A DNA stretch of 64,000 bases. It comes from Paraspadella gotoi. Taxonomy: Eukaryota > Animalia > Chaetognatha. The notes under the pieces were generated by a model. The model saw only the letters and a list, made by a program, of their open reading frames with translations. It did no database searches and was not told the origin of the DNA. How positions within the stretch are numbered: the first letter of the stretch is position 1; each line of letters starts with the position of its first letter. Position numbers and translations under genes: made by a program. Below, piece after piece: positions 12,917 through 26,687 of the stretch. The DNA is taken from the NCBI GenBank assembly GCA_051294375.1, contig CM119267.1:24172111-24236110 (forward strand). Reading direction: 5' to 3'.

Positions 12917-14059
12917 TTTGTTTTTAAAATTCGTGTTCGTCAAAACCCAAAGGATAGAATTAAAATAACGAATAGTTTTTGTTTCTCGCAACGAAAGAAA
13001 TCGTTGGATTGTATAAGTTATTAGCTTTTTATCTTTCTCGTCGTCGTCGTTGTCGTTGTTGTCGTCGTCGTCGTCATTATAATAATCGTCTTTTTGGTTT
13101 AAGTCCGAGTCTGTTAAAGATGTTTGAACTTCTGTCAATATATAACAATGGTATACATTACATAAGACATTAGAGGAAAAAGATTAAGCAGTCTTTTTTA
13201 AAATTCCCCAATTTCTGCTACGGTTCAAAATTAAATTGGGGTTAGGTTTAGGGTTTAAGTTCGAAGAATCTAATCTAATCTAATCTTTAACTTATCCAAT
13301 CAAATCTTTAAAGATTAGAATAGGGATTCAGTCAGGGATTAGATTTGGGGAGGTTAAGGAATAAGAGCTGGGATTAGAGTTATAAGGATTAAGGTTAAAG
13401 ATTTAATATAAGATGAGGGTTTAACATGAGGATTGAAATTAAATTTGGGGATTAACTTTATGAAACAGAAATAGGTCGCTTTCAAAAAATACTGCCTAAT
13501 AATTGTAATTGGACAATTCTACTTTAAAAACCGAAAACGCTAGTTGTAACAAAACTCTTGCTGCTATAGTAAAGAGTTCTCACGGTATTCCGGTTAAGAT
13601 CATTCGTTGACGAAAAAAACTTAATTCAATTTGGTAACGAGATTTAAGGGATTTCTATTCATCTCCTTTTCTGGCAACAGACAAAATGTCAAAGTGGCTT
13701 TGGCACGATTTACATAAAAATCACTTTATAGAATAACGTGGCCTCGTCAACTTATCCTAAAAAATGTTTAAATCATCAGAAAGCGAATTTCGTTATAAGC
13801 TTTCATGAATTTTTGCCTAACCAGTTTTTCTTAGATTTTTAGACAAACACAGTTTTCCCTGTAATGATTTTTTTTTTCGTGGGTTCGGGGTTGTAATAAA
13901 TACAAACGAATTTGAGTAAAAAGCAAAATATAAACAAAGTTAAAACTTGAAATTTCGTGAGTTTTTTTTTCCGTAAAAAGTTTTTTTTCTTTTTCTTCTG
14001 CGTCGGAATCGTTTTTTCGTTTGGCAGGATAATCTAAGAAAATTAAAAATATTATTTCT

Positions 14060-14385
14060 CTCTCTTCTCTACTCCCCTCACCTCATCCTCAAATGGACAT
14101 TTGCTGCATTGACGAGGCTTTGTCCGTTCAACTCGCTCTCTCTCTCTTCTCCCCCCTCACCTCATCCTCAAATGGACATGTCCGCCGTTGACAAGGCTTT
14201 GTCCATTCGACTATCTCTCTCTCTTTCTTTCTCTCTCCCGCTCACCTCATCCTCAAATGGACATTTCTGCCATTGATGAGGCTTTGTCCGTTCAACTCGC
14301 TCTCTCTCTCTCTCTCTCTCTCCCCCTCACCTCACCCTCAAATGGACATGTCCGCCGTCGACGAGGCTTTGTCCGTTCGACTCTC
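14060..14385. repeat. Four tandem copies of the last codons and stop of gene B's distal terminal exon
   Basis: Unit CTCACCTCATCCTCAAATGGACAT..GAGGCTTTGTCCGTTC repeated 4 times, separated by (CT)n. Confidence 0.85.
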
Positions 14386-15280
14386 TTCCTCCATCGTCGT
14401 TTCCCCCTCCTCCTCATCCTGCCTCCTCATTTCCCTCCCCGCTCCTTCCTCGTCATACAACTCCTCTTCCTCCCCGTATCCCACTATGCCGTCTTCTTCT
14501 TCCTCTTCCTCTCCTCCTCCCACTTCTACGTCTTCTTCCTCTTCCTCGTCCGCTTGCACTTCCTCGATCCATCTCCTGTACTCTTCCTCCCTCAATATCC
14601 TCCTCCTCCTCCTCCTCCTCCTCCATCTGCGCCAACGACGCATCCAGTCCATTGCAATGAGGGCGTTGAAGTTGGCGTTGGCGTTGTTGTTCTGACCATC
14701 GTCGCTGGTCTCCTCGTGTTCATCCATCTGGAAGAGAAAGAATCGTTGCTAAGGGCGTAACTATAAGCGTTGCTATCAGACTTGCGTAATTATTGCAACT
14801 AAAATTGGCGGGACAGTTACTGACAGGGTGATTATTGTAATTCTGAATATTAAACTTTTAAGATTGATAGTCCTCGGACTGTCGATAAGGCGCCAGTGAC
14901 CGGAGGCATCACTGAGGGTCGCAAGCCCTTAAAGCCAACAGTGAGATGCCCCATGCCAATTGGCTTCACAGTCAACCCGGCTGTTACCATAAGCTATCAT
15001 TTTTCTAATCATTACTTTAACCCACCAATCACTCCAGCCGATCCATTGGCCACCGACCTTTGGCCTTTGGCCCAGAAACGCGACGGCCAAGGAAAGGATC
15101 GTCACCAGCGCCGCGAGGACGCAGATGCCGGCGATGCAGCCGTTACCGCAGGCCGATTCCGCCACCTGTACCTTTTTGACTCCTGACGGAGATGTTCTGT
15201 TTGAATGTGAGGTAACGTTGCTGGCTGGGAAAAGAGGAAGGAGGTTGTGAGGTAGAGAGAGAACGAGAGGAGGGAGAGAG

Positions 15281-15350
<70 letters not shown>

Positions 15351-15583
15351 ATAAGAAATATATGAGCGGAAGACTTCTTTCCCAAACATTTAATTCTTTT
15401 TATTGAATGACTGTAACGAAATTCGCTTTTTAAAGTATTACCTATAACGCCTATAATCACACAAAAAAATCGTTTAAAAACATTAATTATAATTAAATAC
15501 CACGAGCAACAAGAGAACGCAAGAACAATGGACTTAATTTAACAAATTAATCTTTGTTGTAAATAAAATATCCGGTCCTGTCG

Positions 15584-15620
<37 letters not shown>

Positions 15621-18600
15621 AATCATAATCGTCGTCGTCGTCGTCGGTATAGTTATGCATCACGCTCGTGTAGTGATATTCGTGAGTAGGACAGATGGTG
15701 CCGATAGAACGTTGCCAAATTTCCGCCGCTCGATCGGTCAATCGATCACAGAAATCTTCCCGCTTTGATTTGGCGTTGAATTTCTTCTTGACTTTGGCCT
15801 CAGCATTGGCGTTGGGCTCTCCATTGGCTTTGGCCTCAGCATTGGCGTTGGCGTTGGGCTCACCATTGGCTTTGGCCTCAGCATTGGCGTTAGCGTTGGC
15901 GTTGGATTCAAGATCGGCGTTAGCGTTGGCGTTGGCGTTGGCTTTCTCCAACATCCTCTTCTTCTTCCTCCTCCTCCTCAAACAGGCGAAGACGAGGATG
16001 AAGAGGCAGGCTGCTGCGACGAAGAGGCTGCCGACGGCGATGACGCAGCTTTTGCCGCAGCCGCTGACCGGGGCGCCATCCACTCGAGTCACCGCTGCAA
16101 CCACCGGATTGTTTTGGCTTTTTAAAGGCGCTCGGACGGACGTACGGACAATCGGGGGAAGTTGCCTTTAGTTTTTTTATTCGCTTATAATATTTAAAAA
16201 CAAAAGGCGTCTCCCATACTATCTCTGTTTATGATCACACCTCTTATATATGCATCAATTCTCTATCTCGGACTCATGGCACGAATTTCGTTATAGACAA
16301 TTCATATAATCAATTAATACTTATCGTCACAGTCAACTCACGCTCACCTTTTTGCGACGTGGTCTTGGAGCGAAAGAGAAGAAGCATCGTAGGAAAAAAC
16401 CGAGCGAGATCGATTATGGATGAGATGTGGTGAGGGAAAACGAAAGGAAAAGAAGGGATGGGAATACAACATTAAAGGGAGTGGATCTTTTATACAATTG
16501 AAACATCGTTTTAAATATTATACCACTCCATTGATAGGGAAGCCAGGAACTCTGGGAGTGAATAAATGAGACTGTGAGAGAGTCTTGATTGAAAGCTTCT
16601 ATGTTATTATCTTGCAAGAGTGATGAGGCCTTAAACCACCAAAGCCCACCTAAAGTCGGGGGCAAGATAGCTTATTTCCCAATTTTATTTAAGTTCTCTA
16701 TTCGCCTCTACCCATTCTTTCTCTCTCCTCTTCAAACTTCCCCCCCCTCTCCCTTTCTCCATCTCCCGGTTATCTTCCCCCCACCCTCATTTCCCCTTCA
16801 AACTCACGCCCTTCATGATGTCCATTTCTGAGCCTTTCTTCTTCTCCTGTTGCTCTGACAACAGCGTCACTGATTTCGGACTCCCCATCTTGTAGGGACT
16901 TTTGGTCGGAAGTCGACGCGAGCCGTTCTCGGCCGCGACTCTGATCCCTGTTTGACGAGCGGTTCGATGGCGGGTCAAATTAAGGGCTCAATTACTTAAA
17001 TCTGTCTTTTTTTATATTTTTTTTTCCTTTATTTTTTTTTCAAATATTTATTTATTAAATTAATTCTTTGTTTATTTATTTATTTATTTATTGATTTATA
17101 TATTTTTAATTACTTTTATTTAAATATTTACTTATTAATTTATTTATTTTTTTAAATTTATTCATTTATTTATTTATTTATTTTGTTCATTCATTTATTT
17201 GTTTTTCATTATTTATTTATTTACATATCCATTTATTTATACATTTACTTATTTATTTATTTATATATTTATTATTTATTAATTTTTTATTTAATTATTT
17301 ATTTATTTTTTCATTCATTTATTTATCTAATTCTCTTCTCACCAGCGTCTTCCAACTCCTTGTCCACATCTTCCTGCGCCTCAGTTTTAATCTTTTTCTC
17401 TTCTTTCTTTTTCTCTTCTTTCTTTTTCTCTTCTTTCTTTTTCTCCTTTTTCTTCTTTTTCTTTTTCTTCCAATTTTTCTTTTTCTTTTTCTTCTTCTTC
17501 TTCGTCCCCGTCTTTTTCTTCTTCTTCTTCTTCCTCGCCGCTCTCTTTATCTGCTCGTCCTCCTCCTTGGCCGCCTCCAGCTCGTCCTCCAACACTTGGT
17601 CGTAGATGTCGTACTCTTCCTTGTCGGAAGCGAAGCCTCCGCTCGATCCCGCGAGCTCCTTCCTTTGTTTTTCGAGTTCCGGCGCCGAAACCGCCTGAAT
17701 ATCCGCCTGGTCCACCGAATCCCACTTGTGCACCTCATCTTCGTCATCGTGTCCCTCGTGATCCTCCTCCAAATTCGATCCCTGAGACGCGACCTTTTTC
17801 ATTTCCTCTTCTGCCGATTTAGCGGCTTCTTTTTCAGCTTTGATTTCCGCTTCTACTTCCGCCTTCTCTTTCTCCTCTACATCTTTTTGCTTTTCTCTTG
17901 CTCTTTTTTGGCCTTTCCTCTTGCTCTTTTTTTGGCCTTTTCCGCTTCCTCTTTCTTCTTTTTCCTCTTCCTCTTTCTTCTTTTCCTCTTCCTCTTTTTC
18001 TTCTTTCTTTCTTCCTCTTTCTGCCTTCGCTTTCCTCTTCCTCTTCTTCTTCTTTTCCTCCTCTTCTTTCTTCTTCTTTTCTTCTTCCTCTTTCTTTGCT
18101 TAGCCTTTTCCTCTTCCTCTTTCCTTTTTTTTCTTCCTTCCTCTTTTTTCATTTTTTCCTCTTCCTCTTTTTTCTCCTCTTCCTCTTTCTTCTTCTTTTC
18201 CTCTTCCTCTTTCTTGGCCTTTTCTTCTTCCTCTTTTTTCTTTCTTTCCTCTTCCTCTTTCTTCTTCTTTTCCTCTTCTTCTTTCTTCTCCTCTTCCTCT
18301 TCCTCTTTCTTTTCCCTTTCATCTACCTCTTTCTTCGCCTTTTCCTCTTCCTCTTTCTTTTCCCTTTCCTCTTCCTCTTTCTTCGCATTTTCCTCATTGG
18401 CCTCTACCACAGGTTCCTCCTCAGTATCATCGTTATTCATTGTGTCCCCTTCGGCCGCGTTTTCCATTTGAACTTCAGTTTTCGCCGCGTTCGCCGCCTC
18501 CATCGCCATAGGATTCGCATTTTCCTTTTCCTCTTCCTCCTTCTTCTCCTCTTCCTCTTCCTCTTTTTTCTCCTTTTCTTTTACCTCTTTCTTTGCCTTT

Positions 18601-21600
18601 TCCTCTTCCTCTTTCTCATTGGACTCTACCACGGGTTCCTCCTCAGTATCATCGTTATTCGCCGTTTCCCCTTCGGCCGCGTTTTCCATTTGAGCCTCAG
18701 TTTTCGCCACGTTCGCCGATTCCACGGGATTCGCCTCTTCCTCCTCGGTAGTGTCCAAGGCGGTGTCAACGCCCCGCCGCGCCGCATCCATCGCTTTGAC
18801 CCTTTCGACGGCATAAGCGGAGTCGTCGGAGTCGTCGTAAAGCCTCATATAATTGTCTTCACGTTCGTCCGTTTCGGCGGCCATTTGCGTCATACTATCT
18901 ACCTCTGCTGCCCTGACCGCCGAATTCTGGGCTTTCGAGGCCGTTTTAACCGAAGCGGTTTTGGCGGAACCGCCTTTTCCCGCCGCTCTGTTCATCGTCC
19001 TATCCTTTTTAGTCCGCCAGGCGAGGCCGGTGGCGTATTTTTTCGCCGCTTTAACGACGCCCTTCTCTCCTGTTTTTTTCCAGCGAGAAGGAGATGCGGC
19101 TTTTTTAATCTTTTTCTTTTTCTTTTTATTCATCGTCTTCTTCTCCGTCTTCTTCTTCGCCTGCCTTCCAACCGCCGCGTTCCTCAGCGCTTGTCCAGCG
19201 TTCCACCTTTTAACCGCCTCCTTCCTCCTTTTCTCCGCCGCCCAATTTTTCTCCTTCTCCAAATAGACCAACTCCTCGACCGCCGCCTCCACCGCCTTCT
19301 CCGCGCCTCGCGTCCGATCCCCGGCGCTCACGGGCTCCGGCGCCAACACCCTCCTTATCAAGAACTCGTCGGCCCTCCTGTCGGCCATTTCTTTATTCGC
19401 CGCGACCCTCTCCATCTTCTTCACGTAATCTTCCTCGTCGTTAACCTTCTCCCTTGCTTTCTCCTCCTCCTCGGCCGCTCTTTCTCTCCCTCTCCCTCTC
19501 CCCGACCGATCGCCATTTTCGGTCGGGGAGTATTTGTGTTTATCAGACTCCTCCGAGTCTTCCCCCTCCTCCTCCTCCTCCAATCCTTGGTCCTCCTCGT
19601 CGGCGTTGCGGTCCTCGGCTTTGTCGTCGTCGCGTTCGCCCTCGGCGTTGGCCTGGCGTTCGCGGGCCTCGTTCTCCTCGCGCTGCTGTTCCTCCTCCTC
19701 GAGATGAGGTCGACAACTCTTGGATTCGGTGGCGCCGCCTTTGAGGTCGTAGGCGTATGTTGGAGGTTCGTCGAGGTAGAGATGAATGTCGTCGGTGGAA
19801 GAGGGGCCGACGCCACCCTTGCCGCCGGCGGGAGCGGCACCGGAGCCTGCAGGGACATTCGATGTACCGATTCCGCCCAGTCCGGCTCCAGCGCCGGCGG
19901 CTCCGGTCCCTGCTCCCGGTGCCGATCCTACTCCACCTGCGCCCGGCGCGGATCCAAGGACGCTCGCTTTGCCGATTCCTCCCAGTCCGGCTCCAGCGCC
20001 GGCGGCTCCGACAGCAGTCTGTGCGGCCAGTGCCGATGCTGCTCCACCTGCGCCCGGCGCGGATCCAGAGACGCTCGCTTTGCCGATTCCGCCCAGTCCG
20101 GCTCCAGCGCCGGCGGCTCCGACAGCAGTCTGTGCGGCCAGTGCCGATGCTGCTGCGCCTGCTGCACCACTTCCAGCGCCACCACCGGCACCGGCCGCAC
20201 CAGCAGCGGCAGAACCGCCAGCGGCCGCGCTCGCTCCGCCTCCCGCCGCCCCGCCAGCTCCTGCTGCGCCTGCTCCGGCCGCAGCGCTGCCACCGGCCGC
20301 AGCGCTGCCACCGGCCGCAGCGCTGCCACCGGCCTCCATTTTTTTCTTTCCGCCCCACCATCCCCAACCGGCTCGTCGACTGTAGCCCGATGGAGGCTGA
20401 TCGAAAGCTCTGGCCGCCACGCGGTCGATAGGTCTCGTACTGTATCCACCTTAATTAACAAATTGTTTGCGTATAGAAAGAGTGGGAATGTTAAAGATAA
20501 TTTAAGGTTTTTTTATATCTGAGTTTATCCGTCCCTTCAAATCGGAAAAACGAACCTATTTTTATAATCAAAATCGTGAGCATAATTATTTCCTGGTTTA
20601 AGTCCTAATTCCCGATTGGTTAAAAATAGTATTTAAGAGATTGAAACTTATTAAAACTAAGGTTATTTTTAAAATTATATGAATTATATTATTGGAATTT
20701 TTATGTGAAATTAATAATTAAATTCTTTTTAGATTTAAGCGCTCGTCCTCGCCTGTCCTATGATTGACCTTATGTTAGCTTATACACGTTTGTTGTCTAT
20801 TATTGTATTAATGTATTAATGTCGAATTGGATGGATGGAATTATATTTTGACTGCTTAAACCCTGTATAATAAAGTATATTAAAGTGTATATATATATAT
20901 AACAGGGATATTAAACCAAATAAGGGGCCGAGATAGCTTATTTATTAAATGAATGGATAATTTTTATATTGGTTGTAACAATTTCATAATTTTTTTTTCT
21001 TATTCCCTTTTTATTTTCTCACTGTATTTGTTAGTGTTACCAAGATTTTTCTTTGATTTTATATTTTAACTTTTCTCTTCAGATTCATATTTACACACAA
21101 GATGCTTTTTTAATTTTTATTTAAAAAGCATATCAATAAGTTTTAATTTTTTGATAACCAGATATTTTTATATTATGAAGTAATAGTTATATTAAAATTG
21201 TGTTGGTTCCCGCTAAATTTAAAAAACACCGATTTCGATTTAGAATTTTTAATATCCGCGCTCAAGACGATTTTATCAGAGATACAAAAATAAAATGGTT
21301 AAAAAATAGACTTTTTTACCTAATTATCTAAATCACATTTCCTACTGACTTGCCTCCTACCGTTCTCCACATCCCCATCGGCACACCCTTTTACCGATCC
21401 CTCCCAACCGCCACCCAGAACTCACCCTTGACATCGACGCCTCCGTTGATCCACAACCGGATGCCGGAGATCTCCCCCTTGAAGGGGATGTAGTGGAGAA
21501 AGGTCGAGTTCCTCGGCGACATGAACCGCACGTGCTGCCCGCCGATGATGAATCGAAGCGGCGCGTTTAGCGGCGCCGATTCGAACAACGACTTGGCGTG

Positions 21601-23997
21601 CTCTTCGCCTTTCGGCGTCTTCCCGCCCAAACCGCGGAGGTTCTTGAAGCGCCGGCTGAGGAAGCCTGATCCTTCCTGTGGGTTCGGAGGGGGGGAGTGG
21701 AATGGAGAGGAATGGGGGGGGGGGAGAGATTATAGTAGAAATTGGGAAGAAGAGGAAAAAGAAATAAGGAACAAAGAAAGAAAGAAAAACAAATATAAAA
21801 GAACAATTGAATAGGAAGGCAATGTTTCTAATTAGGATTTATTTAATTATATGCAAATGACATACGATCATCTATTTCTCTCTTTCCCTCTCCCTCTCTC
21901 TTTTTCCCTGTCTCCCCCCTCTCTCTCTCTCTTTCTCCCTCTCTCTCTTGACCTGAAAAACGGCACCGCCCCTGTACATCTCCACGCCGCCGATTACGAC
22001 CCTGACGATGGCCCTCCTGTGGGTCGCCTGACCGCTGTCAATAAAAGGACTCGAGGTCCTCATGTACTCAATCCGCAGTTTCGTCTTCGTGTCGAGGAGC
22101 CAACCGGGAAAGACGTCCGGAACAGCCGGGAGAACCGCCGGCTCCGGGGTCAGTCTGCGGAGGCAACGAAGAAAGAAGTAGTGGGAGAATATGGAACTCA
22201 TATGGAACTCAGTGATTGGCCGCATATTCAATGTCTCACTTATTTCCGTAGATCCAAATCCTGATGGGCTGAATTTGAATGAGCATAAAGGGAACGTCAG
22301 TGATTCCGTTCGCGTATCCAGCGATTAACGGATATGACCGCTTCCATCCTATAGTGAAAAAAAACCAAAAAACAAAAAAAACAAAGGTAAATGAATAAAA
22401 AAACAAGTTTGAGAAAACAATACTGGATCTGAGAGCGTCATTTTGCGTAAGCAGCGAATCAGATGATAAAGACTGATAAATTTGGAAATTTTATACAATC
22501 CACTATCATTATTTATAATTTATAGTTGAGGTAGTTTTTTGAATTCTGATGATAATGCAGGTTATGGTCGTCTTTATGGTTATTGTGGTAGTTGCAACAT
22601 TATATTTGATATAAAAGGATAAGCAAAATTAAATAGTTAAACGTAATTTTTGTTATTTCCACCTTACTCATTTCCACTTAGACAATTCCATCGAAACTTA
22701 ATTTCCAGCTGAGTTCCATATTTCTTAACCCGAACACAAAATTTCAGGTCAAACGCCCGGTCCACATATAGACCACAGAAAGACGGTTGGACTGACATTG
22801 ATTTTTTTACATATTTTTTCCTAAGTTGCCCAACCTTCTGTCACGCTCTCCCTCGATTCCAACAAAATCCCTGCGACGGCGACGAAAGACTTGAGAGGCG
22901 AGTCCTTCAGCTTCGGATTTCCCTTCGCGTCGAGGTAGTTGCCGTGAGTGGCCACGTGTGCGTTGGGAGTCTTGAAGCTGTACACGCAGCGTGGAAGGCC
23001 GCTGCCGGCAGCTCCCGCGTTGGCGCCAGCTGCGCCACCCATTCCTGCACCGGGACTTCCCGCTCCTCCGGCACCACCGGCCCCAGCGGCCCCAGCAGCC
23101 CCACCGGCAGTCCCTGAAGCTCCGGCAGCTCCAGCAGCCCCGGCCGCGCTTCCACCACCTCCTGCTCCAGCAGCACCGGCGCCAGCTCCGGCAGCACTAC
23201 CGCCAGCACCGGCGGCTCCAGCAGCACTTCCGCCGGCTCCAGCTGCACCTCCAGCTCCTGCAGCGCTTCCTGCTCCGGCGGCGCTTCCTGCTCCGGCTGC
23301 CCCTGCTGCTCCTGCAGCGCTTCCTGCTCCCGCAGCGCTTCCTCCTGCTGCTGCTGCGCCGCCTGCTCCTGCTCCTGCAGCAGCGGCGCTGGCACCTCCC
23401 GCAGCGGCAGATCCTCCACCAGCGGCGGCCGCGCTGCCACCGCCAGCCGCGCTACCACCGCCAGCCGCGCTACCACCCGCTTCATTTTTCTTTTTACCTC
23501 CCCACCAACCCCAACCGGCTCGCCGACTGTAGCCGCGCGGCCGTTGGTTATAAGCTCTGTCGATCGCAGGACCTAAGAATAGTCATTGATAAATTGATAA
23601 AAGCATAAAACAAGGTTCGAAAACTAAAAGGTCTAACAATATAGAAAATCTCAGATAAAGAATTATTGAGCTCTTCAAAACAGTCCGCCTCACTCCAAAA
23701 TTTAAAAATGCACGTTTAACCATTTTTAATTTTATTATGTTCTTTCCTGGTTTTGTTCTTCCTCCTCCTCCTTATTTTTTTACTTTTATCCCTTTTTAGT
23801 CGAAACGGGGGCTAGAAAACGAAACTCGGTCGTAGCAGTATTAACTGCCCATATTTCCCACCATCTTTTTCTTTTTGTCAACTTCGATCGTCACTGTTAC
23901 CTCCTCCTTCTGGTTCCGTGTCTGGATCGTAACCCAATCCCGGATTCCGCTCGACAATCACGAAAAGCGCCACCAAACAAAAGGCGCCTTTAAACAT
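14338..23997 (-). CDS. Array gene B: LamG/ConA-like membrane protein with Gly/Ala-rich inserts and K/E stalk (exons 23997-23901, 23572-22835, 22348-22240, 22154-21953, 21675-21395, 20439-17343, then alternative TM exons)
   Basis: Signal peptide MFKGAFCLVALFVIV; motifs RCVYSF, IQIQPIRIWIYG, DVFPGWL, FIIGGQ..PFKGEISGIRLWIN, LYLDEPPTY..SC; frame break(s) in the KE repeat near 17900-18100; downstream CGNGC-TM exon (~15165-15058) and tail exon 14727-14338. Confidence 0.7.
15547..16094 (-). CDS. Second CxxxC-TM-tail terminal exon, probably an alternative 3' exon of gene B
   Basis: Encodes AVTRVDGAPVSGCGKSCVIAVGSLFVAAACLFILVFACLRRRRKKK..NANANA; phase-1 acceptor TTGCAG compatible with the phase-1 donor at 17343. 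Confidence 0.6.
16476..16677 (+). mobile_element. Copy of dispersed repeat R2 (retroelement 3'-end/Penelope pLTR-like)
   Basis: Matches 56923-57185 (GGGAGTGAATAAA..GAGAGTCTTGATTGAAAGCTT..CCTTAAACCACCAAAGCC..GGGGCAAGATAGCTTA). Confidence 0.7.
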
Positions 23998-24803
23998 CGT
24001 GTTTTTCTTTTACGTTTGCAGAATGAATATCGCGTTCTTAAGATTTCGCGTTACGGACGAAATTTTGCGACAAACGTCGAATCTTTGGCGCGAAACTAAA
24101 CCCGTTGTTTAACACGTCACTTGAGCGACGTTTCGTGACGCGGGCCGACGCGTCCATTCATATCACGATGGAAAGCATATGTTTGCGTATTAATTCTTTT
24201 TTACTCTCTCTCTAGGTAAAATAAAAATCCGACTAAGCAAAGAAACATGTACTGTGTTCGTGAGAAAGTACAATAAGATTTTCTGGGGCAACACCTGCTA
24301 GCCATTTCTCAATCGATATAAATTGTAAAAGCTGCTGATGGTAAACGTATCTCGTGAGACGAATCTACAAATTACGCAATTTCGTCGGTCTGTCCGCCCG
24401 TCGTTCCTACATTATTGGGGAAAGTAAAAGCAAATAGGATTACGTTCTTAGGGACAAAATCAAAGTCTGAAAAGCAATTTCCATTGCGAAGCTAGACTGA
24501 TAGAATTTATTATAAATTTAAAATCGCGAAGAGAAATTGAACGTCATCGAATGTCAAATAATAAAATGAGCAGAGAGACGAGGTAAATGTAGTAGGATTG
24601 AGTGGCTGAAAATGAAATGGATCCTTGATGGCATCTGGCCTCGCGCGTTTGGAATATGACGTATGCCATAAAGCTATTATTGAGCTATTTCGTGGCTTTT
24701 TATTTTGAAAGCTGGGAAAGCGGTTATATCGATCCAGTACCATCTACTTGTTTTCTGTTTTCTCTCTCTCTCTCTCTCTCTCTTTCTTCTCCTTTCTCGC
24801 TCT

Positions 24804-24913
<110 letters not shown>

Positions 24914-25078
24914 CTCTCTAAGTTATATAAAATGATATTATTTTTCGTCTAACTTTTACTTGTATTGGACGGATTTTTCTGTAAAATTTTACTTCTTTCT
25001 AGAATCGTTCGAAGCGCAATTTATTCTGTCGCATCTACTTTCCAAAATAAGTTGAAATAACAGACAGTGAAAAAAAAG

Positions 25079-26341
25079 ATGGTGGTTTTGGTGGAAGCAA
25101 AGGTAGCGGTGGTGGTGATGGTAGTTTTGTGGACGATCCTTTCCAACGTCGACGCCTTCGGAGTCTTGAAGACGAAATCCGACTTCGGCGAAGGAACTCG
25201 AGTCGCTCAAGCCAATGACGCGGGTCGGCTTGGCTTTTATTTTGGTTTTTGAAGTTCTTGTTTATTGTTTGTTAATCTTGATTTCTCGGAATCCACCAAA
25301 TCGTATAGACTAAATTCACACAATTAAGTTTTCTAAATTGAATTGTTTTAACTATTTTAATAATTTAACAAAAATTAAAGTAAACTTTTAAATAACAATG
25401 AAGTCATGTTTTTTTTTTCATTGCAGAAAACTTGGCTGTTGGGAAAAACATCATCTCGTCGTCAACTTACATAAGTAAACTTTTTTTAAAAACTTGACCA
25501 TTGGTCGTTTTCTTTTCTGATAACGTAATATTTACCGATCCCAGAGCATGGTATCCACTTCTCTCCCTCCGCCCTCGTGGACGGAAGGTGGATGAGCTCC
25601 TCCTTCGCCTCCAACGAACACTTCGACGATCGATGCTTCCCGACGCAATACGAAGCTCGTCCCAACATCTTCGTCGATTTGGAGGAAGAAGTCCACTTGA
25701 AGTTGGTCGTCCTTTATAACAGGCCAGAAATTTGTGCTGCATGTAAAAAGTCTTTTGGATATGTGGCACATGAAATTATATATCATATTACTAAATAACA
25801 ATTAAACAACTGAACTAAACTACAAAACAACTACTCCATCAATAACTAAGCCAGGTTTTTTTGAGAGTTGTTTGTTAAACGAGACTTTGAGAGACTCTTG
25901 ATAAAAAGCTTGTAGGGTCTTACTATGTTATTATCATGTAAGAGATATTGAGGCCCCAAACCAGGGCCCTAAAGTCAGGGGCAAGATAGCTTACTTATTA
26001 AATGAATGTATAATTTTTTAATTGGTTGTTCCGCTTTCATTCCAGATATGGTTTATTCTCAAAACGATTAACAAATCCGTAAATAATATTTTTTATTATT
26101 ACATATCAAAGCTTTAAAGTTTATTCAAATTTCTTGCCCAACAGTCAATCTCATTTAACTAAATTAAAACTAGATTATAAGTATAACGTTTGATCTCAAC
26201 CCAAACAGAATGGATTTCAAAAATTACGAGATGATTTTGTTTCCCTTTGAAATTCGCGTCGGAAATTCGACGAGAGCGAAGAAGAATTCAATGTGTCAAG
26301 GGAGAGAATTTGGATGGAATAATGTTTTTGTGGAGGTGAGA

Positions 26342-26437
<96 letters not shown>

Positions 26438-26471
26438 TGGGAAGAAATGTGCTTTCAACCTGAGGAAGTTT

Positions 26472-26517
<46 letters not shown>

Positions 26518-26687
26518 TCTCTCTCTCTCTCTCTCTCTCCCCCATCCAGCCCGCGACCAGACGCATCGCTATTTCTTGTCCACTCAAAGGAAGATTCGTC
26601 AGCGTCGAACTTCAAGCCAATGCTCGAATGCCGCGACGGCATCTCAGTATCTGCGAGATACAGATCTACAAATCGATTTTGGACTGA
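25079..26687 (+). CDS. Secreted F-type lectin (FTP/fucolectin)-fold protein, copy 1 (exons 25079-25223, 25427-25474, 25544-25722, 26209-26335, 26550-26687)
   Basis: Signal peptide ending NVDA; FTP hallmarks ENLAVGK, ALVDG, CFPT, IFVDL..VVLYNR, FEIRVGNS..C, C.LKGRFVSV..LSICEIQIY; third intron needs a GC donor. Confidence 0.8.
25850..26040 (+). mobile_element. Repeat R2 copy
   Basis: Diverged match to 56923-57185. Confidence 0.6.
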
